DNA of 58,445 nucleotides, the filler included, from Sphacelaria rigidula (taxonomy: Eukaryota): NCBI GenBank assembly GCA_964200075.2. It is 6 parts of 6 records of this genome, joined end to end, with 100 filler letters (N's around TTAATTAATTAA, not from the genome) between each part and the next. Parts side by side here need not be neighbours in the genome. Positions count along the whole stretch, not along the records: positions 1 to 9,659 come from CAXNAA020008015.1; positions 9,760 to 19,417 come from CAXNAA020008016.1; 4 more parts are not named here. The stretch is one strand, 5' to 3'. The stretch's first letter is position 1, and each line of letters begins with the position of its first letter. This document shows, one piece after another, positions 1-14,045 of the stretch. The notes below the pieces were generated by a model that saw only the letters and a list, made by a program, of their open reading frames with translations, was not told the origin of the DNA and did no database searches. A program made the translations under genes and the position numbers.

Positions 1-1612
1 TTTTGTGCTTATTACAACAGCAAATAGAATCAGGGTGTGCAATTGATCAGTCGATCATTGAAGGGGGGGGGGGGGATTGCCTGCTATGTTACGATTATCT
101 CCAAGTTGTCACAGTACCGAAATCTTTCATCCTTGCCCCCCGACACCCCGGGCTTCAGAGCCCCATCTCGTTCAAGAACGCGGTTCGAAAGTTTGGACCC
201 GGTTCTTTTCTTCACCCTGGCATCAATTCCTCCTGCAAAGGAAAGGAGGGCGGTGCAAAGCATGCCATACTTCTGTGTCGCCATTTATCCGCCATTTCGC
301 AGTTGATCTGGAGTAATGATGCGAACAAACAAGATGAAAACGTTGACCTTCTGCAATGCCGGCCGTGCCGCGGTTCGCTTACACAGTCGCACGCGTTGAT
401 TTATTCCACGCCATTGTCACCGTAGACGAGTCTTCGATGTGAGGGGCACGAGATTAGAGTCATGCCGCGGTAGGGATTACACAATAGGGCCCAGACATTT
501 CTCATCGAGGGGCTCTAAAAGGTCGGGGCTACACAAGAATATCGGTCGGGATATTCCCGTTTTGAATGCGTTCGAAACGTCCCTTGACCATCAATGGAAA
601 TCTAATCGTGGCGAGCTAGCTGTATTCCAACATACCCCATAAGTCGTTCTTTGTGTGAAATTACGGACTCTCGAACAATTCCAACGCGAGAAATTCTTGG
701 TGTGCCCATAACTCGGCATGACTCTTTTCAAGGTGTACAAACTGGGAAACGACGGCAACAAAACGATACTTTGCCTGAAAAAAATGTTGTCGAGGTGGGC
801 GAGTGGGTTGACGGAGGCTTTGACGACAAATCGACGACGTGAGCGACTGAGATACGAGTCATACGCCCCTCTTGCCTTCCGCTTAAACGTCGGTGAGTGG
901 TAATCGTATCTCTCAAACATTAGGCTCACTGTCGGATACGGCCGCGCTCAAACTCTGATAGGGTCATGTGTCAGTCCTCTTGGCGCCGAGCACCCCCTGC
1001 AATCCCCGAAGTAATCGGCGGCCCTCATAATTTAGCCGGCGAGCTGCCCGTCACCCGAATGTTTCCCGGCGGCATGCCCACGATATTTTTTCATCTGTGA
1101 CATTTCTTAAACAAGCGTACTGGATCTTACAGTGTTGAACGTGCCGAGTGTACGCAGCATGCGTTTGGATATCGCACCATGACCACCGCCGCGAACGCCC
1201 CTGACTACCGTAGAGCAATTGCTCGGCGATGGCGGTTGCCTCACCGTCGAAGTACTTGTCTACATCTACGTGCGTCGGGTACTCATGGCCGCCGCTCGCG
1301 AGTTGCTCCGTGACGTTTGATACCAGATGGAGGTGTGGAGCTAGTACGACGCTCAGGCAGTACTGAACAGACCGACACAGTGTACCGAAGATGCTCAAAC
1401 ACCTACTTTTTGGTTAAATGATCTGTGGTTGATTTGGGATGCTCAAAATGAGTTATGAGGGTAAACAGCGAATGTGTCTTACCACGTTTCTACCTCTACC
1501 CCAACAAAAGTGCTCATTTTGACGACCGTGATTGATCAGAATGGTCATCCCGCGTCTCTCGGGCCTCGTGCACGGCCCATAATTTTCCGCGGGAAACTTC
1601 CTAACACACATA

Positions 1613-1829
1613 CCGTAAGGATGCGGGTCTTGCACAGGGGTGCGTTTTTTTTCTCAGCCCGATATCTAGACAATGTGGAGCGTGACGACTTTGAAACGTC
1701 AATTTTCTGAAAGATATCAACGAGATCTGTCTGATGGCATTTTCGCCGAGGTTGGCACCCCTCATTGTGTCGAGATGTGGGGCTGAGAAAAAAGACCGCA
1801 CCCCTGTGCCAAGACCCGCATCCTTACGG
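1613..1829. mobile_element. Tc1/mariner-type MITE (217 bp) with TA target-site duplication
   Basis: TA-CCGTAAGGATGCGGGTCTTG...CAAGACCCGCATCCTTACGG-TA; imperfect inverted arms extend ~60 bp; TA at 1611-1612 and 1830-1831. Confidence 0.8.
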
Positions 1830-3059
1830 TACATGGTTGACTCCGTGAGCTTCTCGCATGCTCCGCGGAGAGACACCCCCCCCTCAAAAACCACCCCCCC
1901 CTCGAGCTCTGGAAACCCCCGGATATCTCGGAACTATCAGCCTGTACAACTGTTCCGAGGCGACGCTCGTCGTCTAAGGGTTAAAACATGATACCTGACT
2001 ATTATACTGTACTGTACACAGCGCTATATTACAGGTACGAGTAGATTTTTCTGTTCCGAAACAACCGGCGTCCTTTCGGTACAGTATTTTTCGGCCGTAA
2101 ACGAGCGAGCAGCAAGTGCAACACAGGGTAGCTTTGGAAGAGCAAGTTTAGAGCATGTTCTTGGAGTTGTTGCAGACCTAGGGCATATGGGGTAAATAAC
2201 GGTGCACATGTCGTGTTTGGCACGTCACCCGAGAGCATGCGTAGTTCCCACTGCACGGTTCTAGTCCGTATTGGTCCATACTACCGTATACTGTGCCGGG
2301 GACTTATGCACAGTACTAGATTCTACGTCATACGACACCGACAGTACTGCGAGCGCCGACGGTGCTGTAGCTCTAGCACTGTCAGTCTCTGCAAAAGAAG
2401 CTACAGGTAGGTATGAAGGAGCACAACAACACCGGGGTGTCGGCGCAGGGATGTTCAAGAAGCGGGCGTTTGGCCTTCGAACCAGTGAGTTCAAAGGTCA
2501 AATGTCGGCTTCTTGAACAAAAGATATGCCGTCTGGTCCATCCCGGCACGCGACATTAGTGATGTTGTGCCCACTATACTGTTGTTGGATACCCGCCTTT
2601 GAAGCTTTGACCTTTGTTGTCGCCACACCGAACATGATACTGACTGCATATGAAAGGACGGGACACTACAGTACCCATATGTGAATTTTTGGTATGCCTC
2701 TGTGAGTTCCACTTGATGCTTCCCAACAGAAAGAAATGCTCGATTATCTCGAGACCTTCTACGCGAGCGGAGGTGAAAATCACATATAAACATACATGAT
2801 AAATGCGATACACACAAAGTGAATGCAATAATCCACTGGCAACTCACGAGTCGCAATGCCGGCAGGCAGTCAGAGCGATGGTGACCCTTCGTGGGCTTCG
2901 GCGTAGATCAGGAGTATGAGGAATTGTGAAACGCACTGGGTAGATGAAAAGGTCATTTCTTACAAGTCTTTTTTCACTCACTTTGGGCTTCTCGTACCCG
3001 TTGTTCGCGCATTGAAAAAAGTATGACGAAATACCTGTACAAGGTACTGAATTTTGAAG

Positions 3060-3528
3060 TTTTCCACATCTAACAGCCGATCATCTATGTTGAGGATGGA
3101 GATTTTGTTGAGGATGAGAACCCGGAGGATTAAAATCTTCGTATCGACACTAAATCTTCGAAATATGGTTCCATTCCTTTACCTACTGGTGGCTAATTAT
3201 AACTGCTACATGTCCTAAAAATTTGGATGTCAATAACCGAAATGTTGTGGTCCTACGGGAAAACCCAATTTCGGGGAATTCAGGTGATCCGATCGGATCG
3301 CCGAAATTCCCCGAAATTGGGTTTTCCCGTAGGACCACAACATTTCGGTCATTGAAAAGCAAATTTGTGTGACGTGTAGCAATTAATTATAGTTAGCGAC
3401 CAGTAGGTAAAGGAATGGAACCATATTTTGAAGATTTGGTGTCGATAGGAGATTTTCATCCTCCGGGTTCTCATCCTCGATGAAAATCTCCGTCCTCAAC
3501 ATAAATGATCCGCTGTTTAATGGAGAAA
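3060..3528. repeat. Foldback (palindromic) MITE-like element, family A copy 1
   Basis: ~230-bp inverted arms meeting with no spacer at GATCCGA|TCGGATC (3292/3293); shares motifs such as CTTCGAAATATGGTTCCA with 23588-24031. Confidence 0.85.
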
Positions 3529-4204
3529 AAACATTCCGTCCCAGCGTCATTCTTTCATCGTGCCTTCGTGCTCGTTCTCCGTCCCAAATTTGAAAGTCCA
3601 ACTCTCAAAATTGAGCCTGGATGGGGCCTGCAAACCACGGATTCGCGTCTAGGCCGGCGTAGGCTAGGGAACAAAAATACGGCGGGCCTGTCAGATCGAA
3701 AGTTTTCTTTTCCACCGCACTTTTTCGATCCAGAAAAAAATGTGCCAAGACACGCCCTGAGGCTACTTCCTATGCATCGAAAAAACGCTATCAGAAAACG
3801 CGTTTTCTAATAAATGACCAAACACCCACTCATTATGTGATCAGAAAACGCGTTTTCTGGTAGGAAATTTTCGGATAACATTTTCCGATAGCCCAAAGTT
3901 ATCAGAAGATCAGGATTTTCCGATGACCTCGGGTTATCGAAAAACGTTGTTGAAAAAGCGTTTGAACCTCGTTTGAACACGCATTACAGCCCACGACAGC
4001 ACCTGTGACGGCTTGACTGCCATCAATCACTACTACTTCTGCTGTCATTGGTGCTCGCGGGCATTCAGCGTATTGCATCATTGTCCTTCGCTCGCCAGTA
4101 GCGTGGTGACCCTTTACCCCGTGAGAACAGCAGAGGGCAGGCTCGATGGCGACTGCTGTACAGACACGACAGTCTATGCTGTATGTCGTCCGAACAGTAG
4201 TGTA

Positions 4205-4558
4205 GCTCAGTTCATGTCTGTGCACGCAGCGTGTTGTCAACAACAGCCGTCGCAATGCTTTACAGACTGCCCGCGCACCTAAGCCTTGTAGAGACAGGAC
4301 CGGACTGACAGCACACACGAGACTATGAGATTTGTAGTGGTACTACTGTTGTGGTAGATCCAACGCATACAACACAACAGCAGTGTCTGTACTGTACAGT
4401 GCAGCGAACTTGCAGCTCAGTTGAGGTCTGTGCATGCAGCTTGTTGCGAACAGACGTCGCTTTGCAGTACAGACTGCCTACGCACCCAAGCCTTGTAGAT
4501 ACAGGACAGCACTGACAGTACACACAAGACTATAAAGAGTGCTACTGTCGTAGTAATA
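4205..4558. repeat. Degenerate direct duplication, period ~210 bp
   Basis: GCTCAGTT..GTCTGTGCA.GCAGC ... TACAGACTGCC ... AAGCCTTGTAGA.ACAGGAC occurs from 4205 and again from 4415. Confidence 0.75.
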
Positions 4559-5383
4559 CAGCCGATGCATGCAATACAGCACTGTTGTTGTGTGTACCGT
4601 TGTCCGTGCTGTCGTTTCAGTCAAGTACTACCGTGCAGTGGAAAAACACAACCGTCACTTCTACAGTCAGTTGGTACAGCAAGGCGGTGTTCTTGTTGAT
4701 GGTCTTGCGTCACGCAGCCCACCGTGTATTGCTCAGGCAATGTATCACAGTAGTACAGCCAGTCCGTACACCACAACAGGACAGCAGAGTACTGCGTCTC
4801 TCTCGCGGGCTCCAGAATTTGAAATCATGCCTGCAGACCTCATGGAAAACAATGGACACTGCGTTTTCAATGTTGATAGTGCGTCGATCACGTAAGAAGG
4901 GCCAGTTTGAAAAAATATGTTGGAAAATGTCTTACTGGAAAAGGGCTTTTCTGGCAACGTTTTTTTCGATACATGAGAAGTAGCCTGAGAGGTCCAAAAT
5001 GAACAAGTGGATACGTGGGTGTAGGAAAGAAGAAAAACAGGCATCCCTGGATGTGCTTCGACATTTGGTATGGAGAATCGAAAGGAGATAGTAACAGAAT
5101 TGGGCTAAGGTCTCGAAATTCTTCTTCATGAGATGATGTTTCTGCTAGACTATAGTCCACGGATCTGTTCTTCACCACCAAAACGTCATAGACCCATGAT
5201 GAAGAAAAAGGAAATACTTGATGTACCAACTTCAAACTTCAACCCTACAACACTTTACAACAGATTTCGAAGCACAACTCTCAAAACTGACATGTAGACA
5301 TAGCTGGAGTTCAGCATCGAACCGTATCCCCGCCGTATCTCTCGATAGAAAATGAAAAAGGTGAAGGTGAGGGCCTGTCTTCG

Positions 5384-5547
5384 CACATCAGGTTTCGATC
5401 GAAAAAGTGCGGTGGAAAACAAAAATCCCCATCTGATAAGCCATGATTTCAACCATCTTCAAAATTGACGACGATGGTTGAGATTACGACCTATCGGATC
5501 GGGATTTTTGTTTCCCACCGCATGTTTTCGATCGTAAACTGATGCGC
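5384..5547. repeat. ~165-bp imperfect hairpin; one arm is also present inverted at ~3685-3760
   Basis: CATCAGGTTTCGATCGAAAAAGTGCGGTGGAAAACAAAAATCCC pairs with GGGATTTTTGTTTCCCACCGCATGTTTTCGATCGTAAACTGATG. Confidence 0.75.
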
Positions 5548-8500
5548 TAATACAGGGCCTGAAGGTATATCGATCGTGACACTGCGTGCCGCGAGGAATG
5601 TTGACGAAAAGAAAACGCCGCCCCCAACGCGAACATACATCGTTTCCGAAATTTCACGGACTGCAAATCCGCAATGCCCACTCGAGCTTTCCGCTGTCGC
5701 TCAAACTGACCGTCACCACCACAACCTCGACAGGTGAACCGTGATGCTTGCACACTACCGCACAGTTCGCCACCTTCGCCATCACTGCCCGTTTGGTACC
5801 ACAGTACTGTACTACGATACGCAATACGAATACAACACCAGCGCACATAACGAAAGTCTCGCTCACCGGGCCCGGCGCCACTCTGACTCCATCGTACTCG
5901 AACAAGCACGATGAAGGGCGCTCCGTGTTCGGCGAGTCGAGGCAGCTCTGTACGGCTGCTTCTCTGGCCTTCCTTGCCTTCTCCCTTCTCTTCTCGCCCT
6001 TGTTCTTGGTGAATCGCTTCGACCCACGAGACGACGGCCACATGGTATCTGCCGTACAAGCACGTACGGCAGCATATTTTCATTTTGATGTCGATCGAGA
6101 CACAAGCACATTCCACCGCACTATTTTCGCATTCTGTGTGTTGGGAGTTGGGAGAGGCCGCCAGTTCGACCAGAGCGAGCGATGGTTGAAGATATTACTG
6201 TACTTGAGTTCCGTGTAGGAAGACCATTCTGTTCGGATCTCTACGGGCACAAACGGGAGTGTACATGTACCGATTCCACCTGACACACAAGAATATCATG
6301 GATGACACCTACAACAAATACATCAGCGGGGAGACTGGGAACATATTCTTGTTCCGCGCAGGTCAATTCACGAAACAAAATTACAACATATGTCGCCTTC
6401 GACCAACACGAAAGCTCTGAACTCTCTGCACAAAAAAAATGCGACCCCCCTTCACACCTACGACACAACAACGCCGTGGCATAACTCGAGCCAGCCAGTG
6501 ATCATGATGCGCCGGTTCACGAGAAAATCTTCATAGAGAGCCACAACGAGCTACAGCACGGCGGGTCAGCCTCGCAGGCACCGAGCAGCTGTTGTTGTGC
6601 TCAAACGCCAAAAGAAGGCGCGCCACATCAGTCCCGACGATTGCTTGTTTGCTCCACACTACGGCACAGTACTGGACTACCACATTTTGCACGAGCCCGC
6701 CGCGTCTAGGCGGATGAATGTATGCGGCGTGAAATAAATGAAACGTGCTCTTGTGTCGAGACATCGAAGCACTACATGTTCAATACCCGCATGCTTCTGT
6801 ACTACCACATACTTCCTACGGCACAGGAAGCGCGGCCAGGTGGTCACAACGCTGCAGTGCTGACAGTCAGCGAGTAGGTCGACCCAGCAGAGCAATCAGA
6901 ACAACCAGACGATTTCCCGCGAAAGCTACGTACCGTTCACGAAAGGAAAATCTCAAATGTTCCTCGCGTCTTGACAAGTCGAAACGACGACCCACCTCGA
7001 TCGGCTCGGGACGAAACTGAATACCCACGGAAATAGGCACGGGCGCACCTCAACGAGTGGCCCTTTTGTCGATCGGCACGGTCGCTACACTAAAATACCC
7101 GGAGCAGCGACTTGCATCTCCCATCGCTTCTCTCAAACCAGGATAACCAGACACGAAAGAAAACAAGAGCGTCCGTTCAACTAACTGTTTTCGCAGACAT
7201 CAATCTCTCCACCCTTATTTTAATAGACGACCTACCGGAGCACTGCTTACAAACAGTGGCACACAGTATTGTCCCTCTTCGTGTCAATGGTACTTATCCA
7301 TCCTTAGCGCTCAAGCGAACGAGAAGAACACCATTCCCACCTCGAGACTTACCGCAGCTCCGTTGCCAGCAGAGAGTGGATCGTCGAGCCCCGAAGAACA
7401 ATACTGAGAGCGACCGAAATTTTGTCTTTTTTCCGCCGCGATGCGACTGTTTCTTGTATGGTGCTTGTAGTGGATCCTACGTGGCAGATAATATGGCACC
7501 TGGTTGCGCGTTGGCGCGCATGTGTGTAGGTGTTGATTCGAGCGCCGAAGGGGGGAAAACTAAGCAGTCGATGTAGTTGCGAACTTGACAGTGAGCCGGT
7601 CAGCGCGAATAATACTTGATGAGCCCCGTCCGTATTTTTGCGAACACGCCTCTTTCGATTAGCGATCGATGTTCCCTATTTTTCTGACAGCAACACAATC
7701 CATCAGACCAGACTCGCGGTCACAGGCACTACCCAACAACTGCGACAATCACTGCAAGAATGCTTTTATCACTCCATACAATGCAACAAACTCTACACAG
7801 GCAAACTGCTGGGCCTATTTCAATCACCAGCTCGCAACTCAAAACATGGCGATTCGATCAAATCCATGACATATCTCTACCGTGCGGCGGGCTAAAGTCG
7901 GTTTAGGGTAGATGACGGTGTATAACACCCTACTCTCCCGAGTACATACGTTTCTCACTTCAGTTTCTTCAACAACTGCGGCGGTTACGCCACAGACCAC
8001 GTACTCGAGGGGTGTTTCCTTACGGGTATTTCATCGACATCTTTCATCCGAGGCGTCTCTTTCTTCCAGTTGCGGACCATCAATTTTCTCCAGATGAAGC
8101 GAGGTGTGGAAGCACTCTGCACCACGGTACTTTCTACGTTTGTGCCATCAAACAAAAACGCGAAGCAGGGGTATGAGGGCTCAGGGCGTACATGCTACAG
8201 CAGGATGCTGGATACCGAGGTAAGCTGCAGCCATGACTATGCCAGATCTCTCATTCATTCTCAATCATTGTCGCACGTTTCAACCCCTACGGTTCGAGCC
8301 TCACCTCGGAACAGTTTCGCCGGCTGACGGTCCAGTCACGACATGCAGAAATTTGCGGCATGGAAGGAGAGTAGCTTTCGAGAGGGGGGGTGGGTGCGTG
8401 TTTCCAGATCAACCGAAAAGCTTGCAAACTCAACCATGCGTATTTGAACGTTTGCAGAGGGAATTTTCGAGTCGGGCATGCACCAAGTCCGAAGGGAGGG

Positions 8501-9659
8501 GAGTGACCATTTTGACTGTTTTGATTGGTCAATGTGGCCACTATGTTCCCCTACAGAACACCTACCTCGCACACCCTAGCCGTACTTCACCATTTGAGTG
8601 CCCACTCATCGATCATCCTGCGTCAGAACAGTAGTGATGATAAAATCTGCATATCGGAATGCCCGCCCGCACTTTGGCTCTCATACAAATAGATCATTGC
8701 ACTTTCCAACAGACTCGTTGCTCCATTATTTCTCGACCGGGGGTAGAGTCACCACCGTGAAACTTGGTGCACTAGTCGGACACAACACAACACAGGCAGT
8801 ATGTGCACCGGAGAACAGCTCCTTCAAGCCACCGAAGAAATCGAACTAAGCGACTACCGATATACCGTCGATACGGCCTGAAAACGGATCTGTCGCAGCC
8901 CAGATTCTGTGCACTCACTTCCACATCATGAGCACCTGCGAGGGTGCAGTGCTGGCAAACAAACATAGATCAGTGCTGGCACACCCTGTGGATAATGACA
9001 ATCTCTAGAACAGTCATTCCGGTATCGCCTGTAAAGATGTCCAGCGCGCTGTCGTCGCTGTAAGGCGCTGAAACTTCGGTCACATGCCATGTAAACCACA
9101 ATCAACAAGTTCATGGGTCTGGATCTCGTGTTGGGCGTTGCAACGGTGCCGCGAGGGGATGAAAAGAGCTCAGATTTTGCTCCGAGAGCATGTGTTTGAC
9201 ATTTTTATTTTGGCGCATGACTGTCAAAACTCGCCGAAAATGGAGGTGCTGAAGTGATACGCTACGAATCCAGCCATCTTCACAGTCTTCACACGATAGA
9301 CGTACCCGAGGTTGTCAATAATCGGGAAAACTCGCTAGAGGAAACTCGAGACAGGGGAGAATGGAGAAGAAGGAGCAAAGACGAAACAAGCAGAGGATAC
9401 TGGCAACGAGAGAGGGAAAAGAAAAAAAAAGGGAAACACCCGGCTCAACACCAAGTACTCGTCCCGAATAATGAAAGAAAACGGCAGCGGCCTCGGTCGC
9501 AGGGTCTCAGGTAGGGAGGAGACCGTGCGAGAACAAGAGTCAAAACAAAAACAACGCGATGAAAAAAAGTTGCGACCCAGATGATTAACGAAGACTTTGC
9601 GACCCAGATATCCGAGGCCGGTGTATCCGGTGCCTCGCCATCGCACACAGCTTGAGTGT

Positions 9660-9759
9660 NNNNNNNNNNNNNNNNNNNNNNNNNNNNNNNNNNNNNNNNN
9701 NNNTTAATTAATTAANNNNNNNNNNNNNNNNNNNNNNNNNNNNNNNNNNNNNNNNNNNN
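9660..9759. other. Artificial contig linker
   Basis: 44 N + TTAATTAATTAA (stops in all frames) + 44 N. Confidence 0.97.
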
Positions 9760-12700
9760 GCCTAGAATGAGGTTTTCGGGAAATTGGGGGGGTGAACACC
9801 GTTTTCCAGTCTGTAGGGCCCCTTGCCGTGCGATTGCTGTTCGAGCGCCAGAGTGGAATATGATTGTCGGGATTACATCTCCCGTCCTGACTTTTGGGAA
9901 ACGTACATCGCCAATTTGTGCGCCATGACCAGCTGCAGCGGGTAAACTAGCAGAAACCACCCAAGAGGATAGCTCGGGATTATGAATATGCTGGTGTATA
10001 GGCACCTTTTTGATCCCGAGCTTCATCGACTCCGTTGAATTCACTCTGTCTCATGCTGTAAGGGTGGTAAACAACGTGATGCCAAAGCGGGCGCAGCATC
10101 AAGGAAGCCACGCGTGCGGGAAGAGCGTGTAAATGAAGCCACAGTTGTCAGCATGATTTGTACCCACTATTATATATTAGCAGCATATGGCACTCGCAAG
10201 GTAGTGTGCAGTAATGCAAGGTCTGGGCAGCTGTGCTGGGATGTTTTCGAACAAGTGATGAAGAAGATAAGAGATGCAAAGGGCCAATACACGATAACTT
10301 CGCCGTGAGGATCCCGAGTATCCCACGGCTGTTGGCGGTATCATTAAATAACATGATCTGCTGGCGGCGTGGAGCCGCCGTCCCCGAGAAAACCGAGCTT
10401 GATAATCGATGAACCAATCGGAGATGCAAGGGGGGTGTTGTAACCCGTGAGCTACTGTTTTCTTATGAGCACTCAGTATAGCACGAACAAATGTAAGGCA
10501 CGAAGAGAAGCAGTCTATCGCCTGACATGATCATATACAACAATGGATTTCGTGGGTCATATTTACCTTGGCATCATCAGTCGTCAACTTCTCATCAGCA
10601 TACTTGCTTACATCACCGTCCGAGTTATCGCGCACACCCTTGGCTTCGGCTACCGGCATGACCAACAACCTTTTTAGCGGCCAGATCCAGCCGCTTGCGC
10701 CTCCGTACAGCAAAACACCTCAAAGGTTTCACATTCGTCCCCTGTCTCAGACCGAGTATCCTTTTTTGTCTTGAACTTACAACTCGCAACCGCTCCGGCT
10801 GTAAAAGAAAATTGAAAATTGGACGGTGCATAATGAGCAGAACGAAGCCACCATAAAGTACTGTGTGCGGCAGGTGTCGACCTCACGTTCGCCGCTGTGG
10901 AAATACGACATGCACAAGGCGCGGGGCATGGCCTTCAGCTGGTGGGTGGGTGGCACGCTCTCGATCTTCTACGCAAGCAAATAAATTTACGCCGTCAGGC
11001 AAACGACCACTTCATCGACTTCGACGGGGTTGGCTGTGAAGGCACAGCGAGCTAATATCATGATTTGTGTCGTGCTGTGTTCAGACCCCGTATGATCTGA
11101 TACGTACAGGTACCAGGAAAACATGAGATCCAAGGGAGGGAAGATCGGAATATCCATATCAGAGATCGAAGACAACTGTGCCCTCTCGCCCAATCTCTTC
11201 ACCATACACCGAATCGTGCACAATCATTATACGTGAATGCAGAGCTTCAGTGTGGGCGGTATGCGGTGCGGACCTTGAATCCATAAATATGTGCGGCTGT
11301 GTGGATACACTTACCTTGAGCTCTGCGGTATCCTTCTTGCGCAAGTCCCGCCTCAATCATCACGGCAGAATAAGTGACGGTTTCAAACATCTCGATAAGC
11401 CAATCAACTACGTGCGATCTTGAGATCTCCGAAAGACCAACGACCAAACTCCATTCACCCATTTTCTTGTCTAAAAGTCAAGTATAGTAATACAGTATGC
11501 GATACTGTACTGTACGAAGTTTGCCACACTGACAAGTAAACCGATCAAGATGTCACTGTTGTGTACAGTCCCGGGTCTGTCGACCACCCCATCTACCGTA
11601 CACGATCGAGCTTCAGTGTAACAATCATTGTGAATACGGTAAAAGTGGACCCACCACTCCACCTCGCACCACAAAACAGGACCAAGATCATCAGCAATCT
11701 TCGATCTCATCCCGCACGGCGAAACCGAACCCCCAGAACCAAACGCAACAAGAACATCAACGCCAACAATATAACAGAGATCCTCTGTGCGGCGACCCTC
11801 GTGCACTGCGGGGCATCCGGTAACAACCCTCTAGCCGCGAACATACGCGATCTTTACTCGCGTCCCTTACTGCTCACACCAACAAAGGTCGAGCCTGTAC
11901 TCTACATCAAGTAGAGCCTAGATCGCACAACCGGCACCGCGCACGCCTGTATTGCCCGTTTTGATCGTGTCAGCACAGTCAGCGCTACTCAAGTTTCAAC
12001 ACAGAGCACAGCAGCCCCCGTGCTGTGTACAGTCTACTCAGCCCAGCGCAACGGGCAGTGCATCATAGTGTCGCTTTCTCCCGGCATTTTTGCGTTCGAA
12101 CGCTCTCTGGACATGACCAGCAATAACAATATTAACACCGCAATCACCAGCGGTAGCAGCACGAGCAGCAGCATCAACGGGAATAGCTTATCTGCGAGCA
12201 GCGTCATGACGAGGCATGTTCCTATCCCGACCCCTACCGCCGCTGCGGTGTCTGCGCCTTCATCGTCGGTGCAGCAGGCGCGTGTCGCAGAGGTGCGTTC
12301 GTTTCGACAATCAACCCTGACGAGGGCTGTACAGTACAATGCTGTCTCTTGATCGTACACGTGACATCTCATGGTTTTGTACATAGTGGCTCCAAGATCG
12401 TGTTCTTATTCTTGTTTTGCTTCTGCTGTAGCGTTTGGACGGGTATTTCCTCGAAAGATTTTTTGCTTAAATAGGGGTCGAGACACGCAGCCCATTTTTG
12501 TCAGAGACAATCCACCTGCGATGCGTTTGCTTGCATCTTGAGGAGGCGGCGTTATTATGGTCCAACCAAGCGTGAGAGAAGTCATGAGCAGAGACAGAGA
12601 GAGTACGGATACGTATGGCACAATCATGCCAGAGTTTTGGGATTGATATGCAATGCGCCACCATTTACTCTACGCATATCCTTCAACACCATGTTTTGGG

Positions 12701-13510
12701 CAGCTCGATCGCCCTTTCGCACGGTACACTGTTCCACATCTTCCCCCAACACTCACAAAAACATCTGCAAAAAACGGCTGAGCGCACATGCAGATGGCTG
12801 TTTTCTCACCTCGCTGTGCAACTGAACAAGTATCATGTCCGTGCACATTGTCTTCGCCCCGTGTTTGAGATATAATTGTTGTGGGGGATGTGCGCTTGTT
12901 GTACCGTCGTGGTCGTTGGTGTGAAAGCGTGTGTGTGTAAACACTACACGCATCTCTTCCCACACACGTATTCCCGTACACTCGCTTCCCAATTTCAAGT
13001 GTTGTATCACCCTCGCCTGGATCACATACAGGTAGCAGACATCGCCCACACATACACGACACACATTTGAAACGTTCGTTCGTGCGCATTAATCTTGCGC
13101 TTTCGGCACGAAGTACACTAGTTAGTTTCCTCGTGCAGACCGTTTTCTCCGTGCGGTCGAATGCTACACATCAAGGTACGACGTAGTACTGTAGTATCAA
13201 CGTACGTGCCTCCCGTCCACTGTCTGCAGTGATTATACTCTACACCAAGTTCGTAGCACGACTCGAAACGCTTGATGTTGTCGTACCTCACGTTCGCTTG
13301 GAGACAAACAAACCGAGCACCCTTCCACACATTCGCTGCGGGTCGTTTCAACACGAAGAGCAAACGCATACGTTAAAGTAACACCTAACAAGAAAGACCC
13401 CGTGCAACCTTGATGGTCGCGCACAATGTTCTGTCGGGTTTTCCTGTACCTACTATGTCCTGCCCACGGACATTTCAGACGAACTGCGGAGCAATACACC
13501 ATACATTGCC

Positions 13511-14045
13511 GCGACCCCGTAGTCTAATGGTCCGACTGACAGCATTAAGGTAGAGAGAACGAGGGTTCGATTCTCCCAAAAATACGCGTACGGTCTTCTC
13601 TTCGACGTATATGATTTCCACCGTCAAGGGCGTGAAGACGGGAGTACAACATAGGCAAAACGTAGTTGGCTGCCACCGACGGACAGTTTGCTCTCGCCAC
13701 AGGATACATGAAGGCGGCACGTTGCAGAGGGTGTGTAGAGGGTCACCACGGGGGGGTTCTGGGCCTTGTGGAGGATGTGTAGAAGGTCGCCACGGGGGGT
13801 TCTGGACCTTTAGAGGGTCGCCAGAGGGCCTCTACCGTTGGGAGGTGTCCTGGGGGGTGTAGCAAAGTGTCCACCTGCATGAGTTGGTTTGACGATAATT
13901 GACGCGGTGCGGGAGTGCCGATCCAATCTGCGAATCCAGAATGCAAGGTGTATACGGGGGTTGAAATTGGTCGATCCCTTGAGACCACGGGCTCGTCCCG
14001 AGGAGGGGGGGGGATTCAGAATGCGACGAAAAAAAAAGAAAATGC
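13511..14045 (+). mobile_element. tRNA-derived SINE-like element
   Basis: Pol III A box TAGTCTAATGG (13520-13530) and B box GGTTCGATTCTC (13564-13575); 3' body (GGTCGATCCCTTGAGACCACGG...TGCGACGAAAAAAAAGAA) is homologous to the reverse-strand copy at 40245-40515. Confidence 0.6.

Noticed and set aside
5547-6218. Overlapping 130-190-aa ORFs in contig 1
   Set aside because: No recognisable motifs or consistent splice model; ORFs of this length occur by chance at this GC content.
8860-10200. Similar peptides QILCTHFHIM (~8900) and SMICTHYYIL (~10150) on contigs 1 and 2
   Set aside because: Too short, surrounded by stops, with no extension; could be chance.
11330-11462. Cyclin-box-like RSHVVDWLIEM on the minus strand
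   Set aside because: Similarity does not continue and I could not build a coherent spliced model.
13511-13580. tRNA genes at 13511, 19358 and 40450
   Set aside because: A/B boxes are present but I could not fold a cloverleaf; they are attached to repeat bodies, so SINE heads are more likely.
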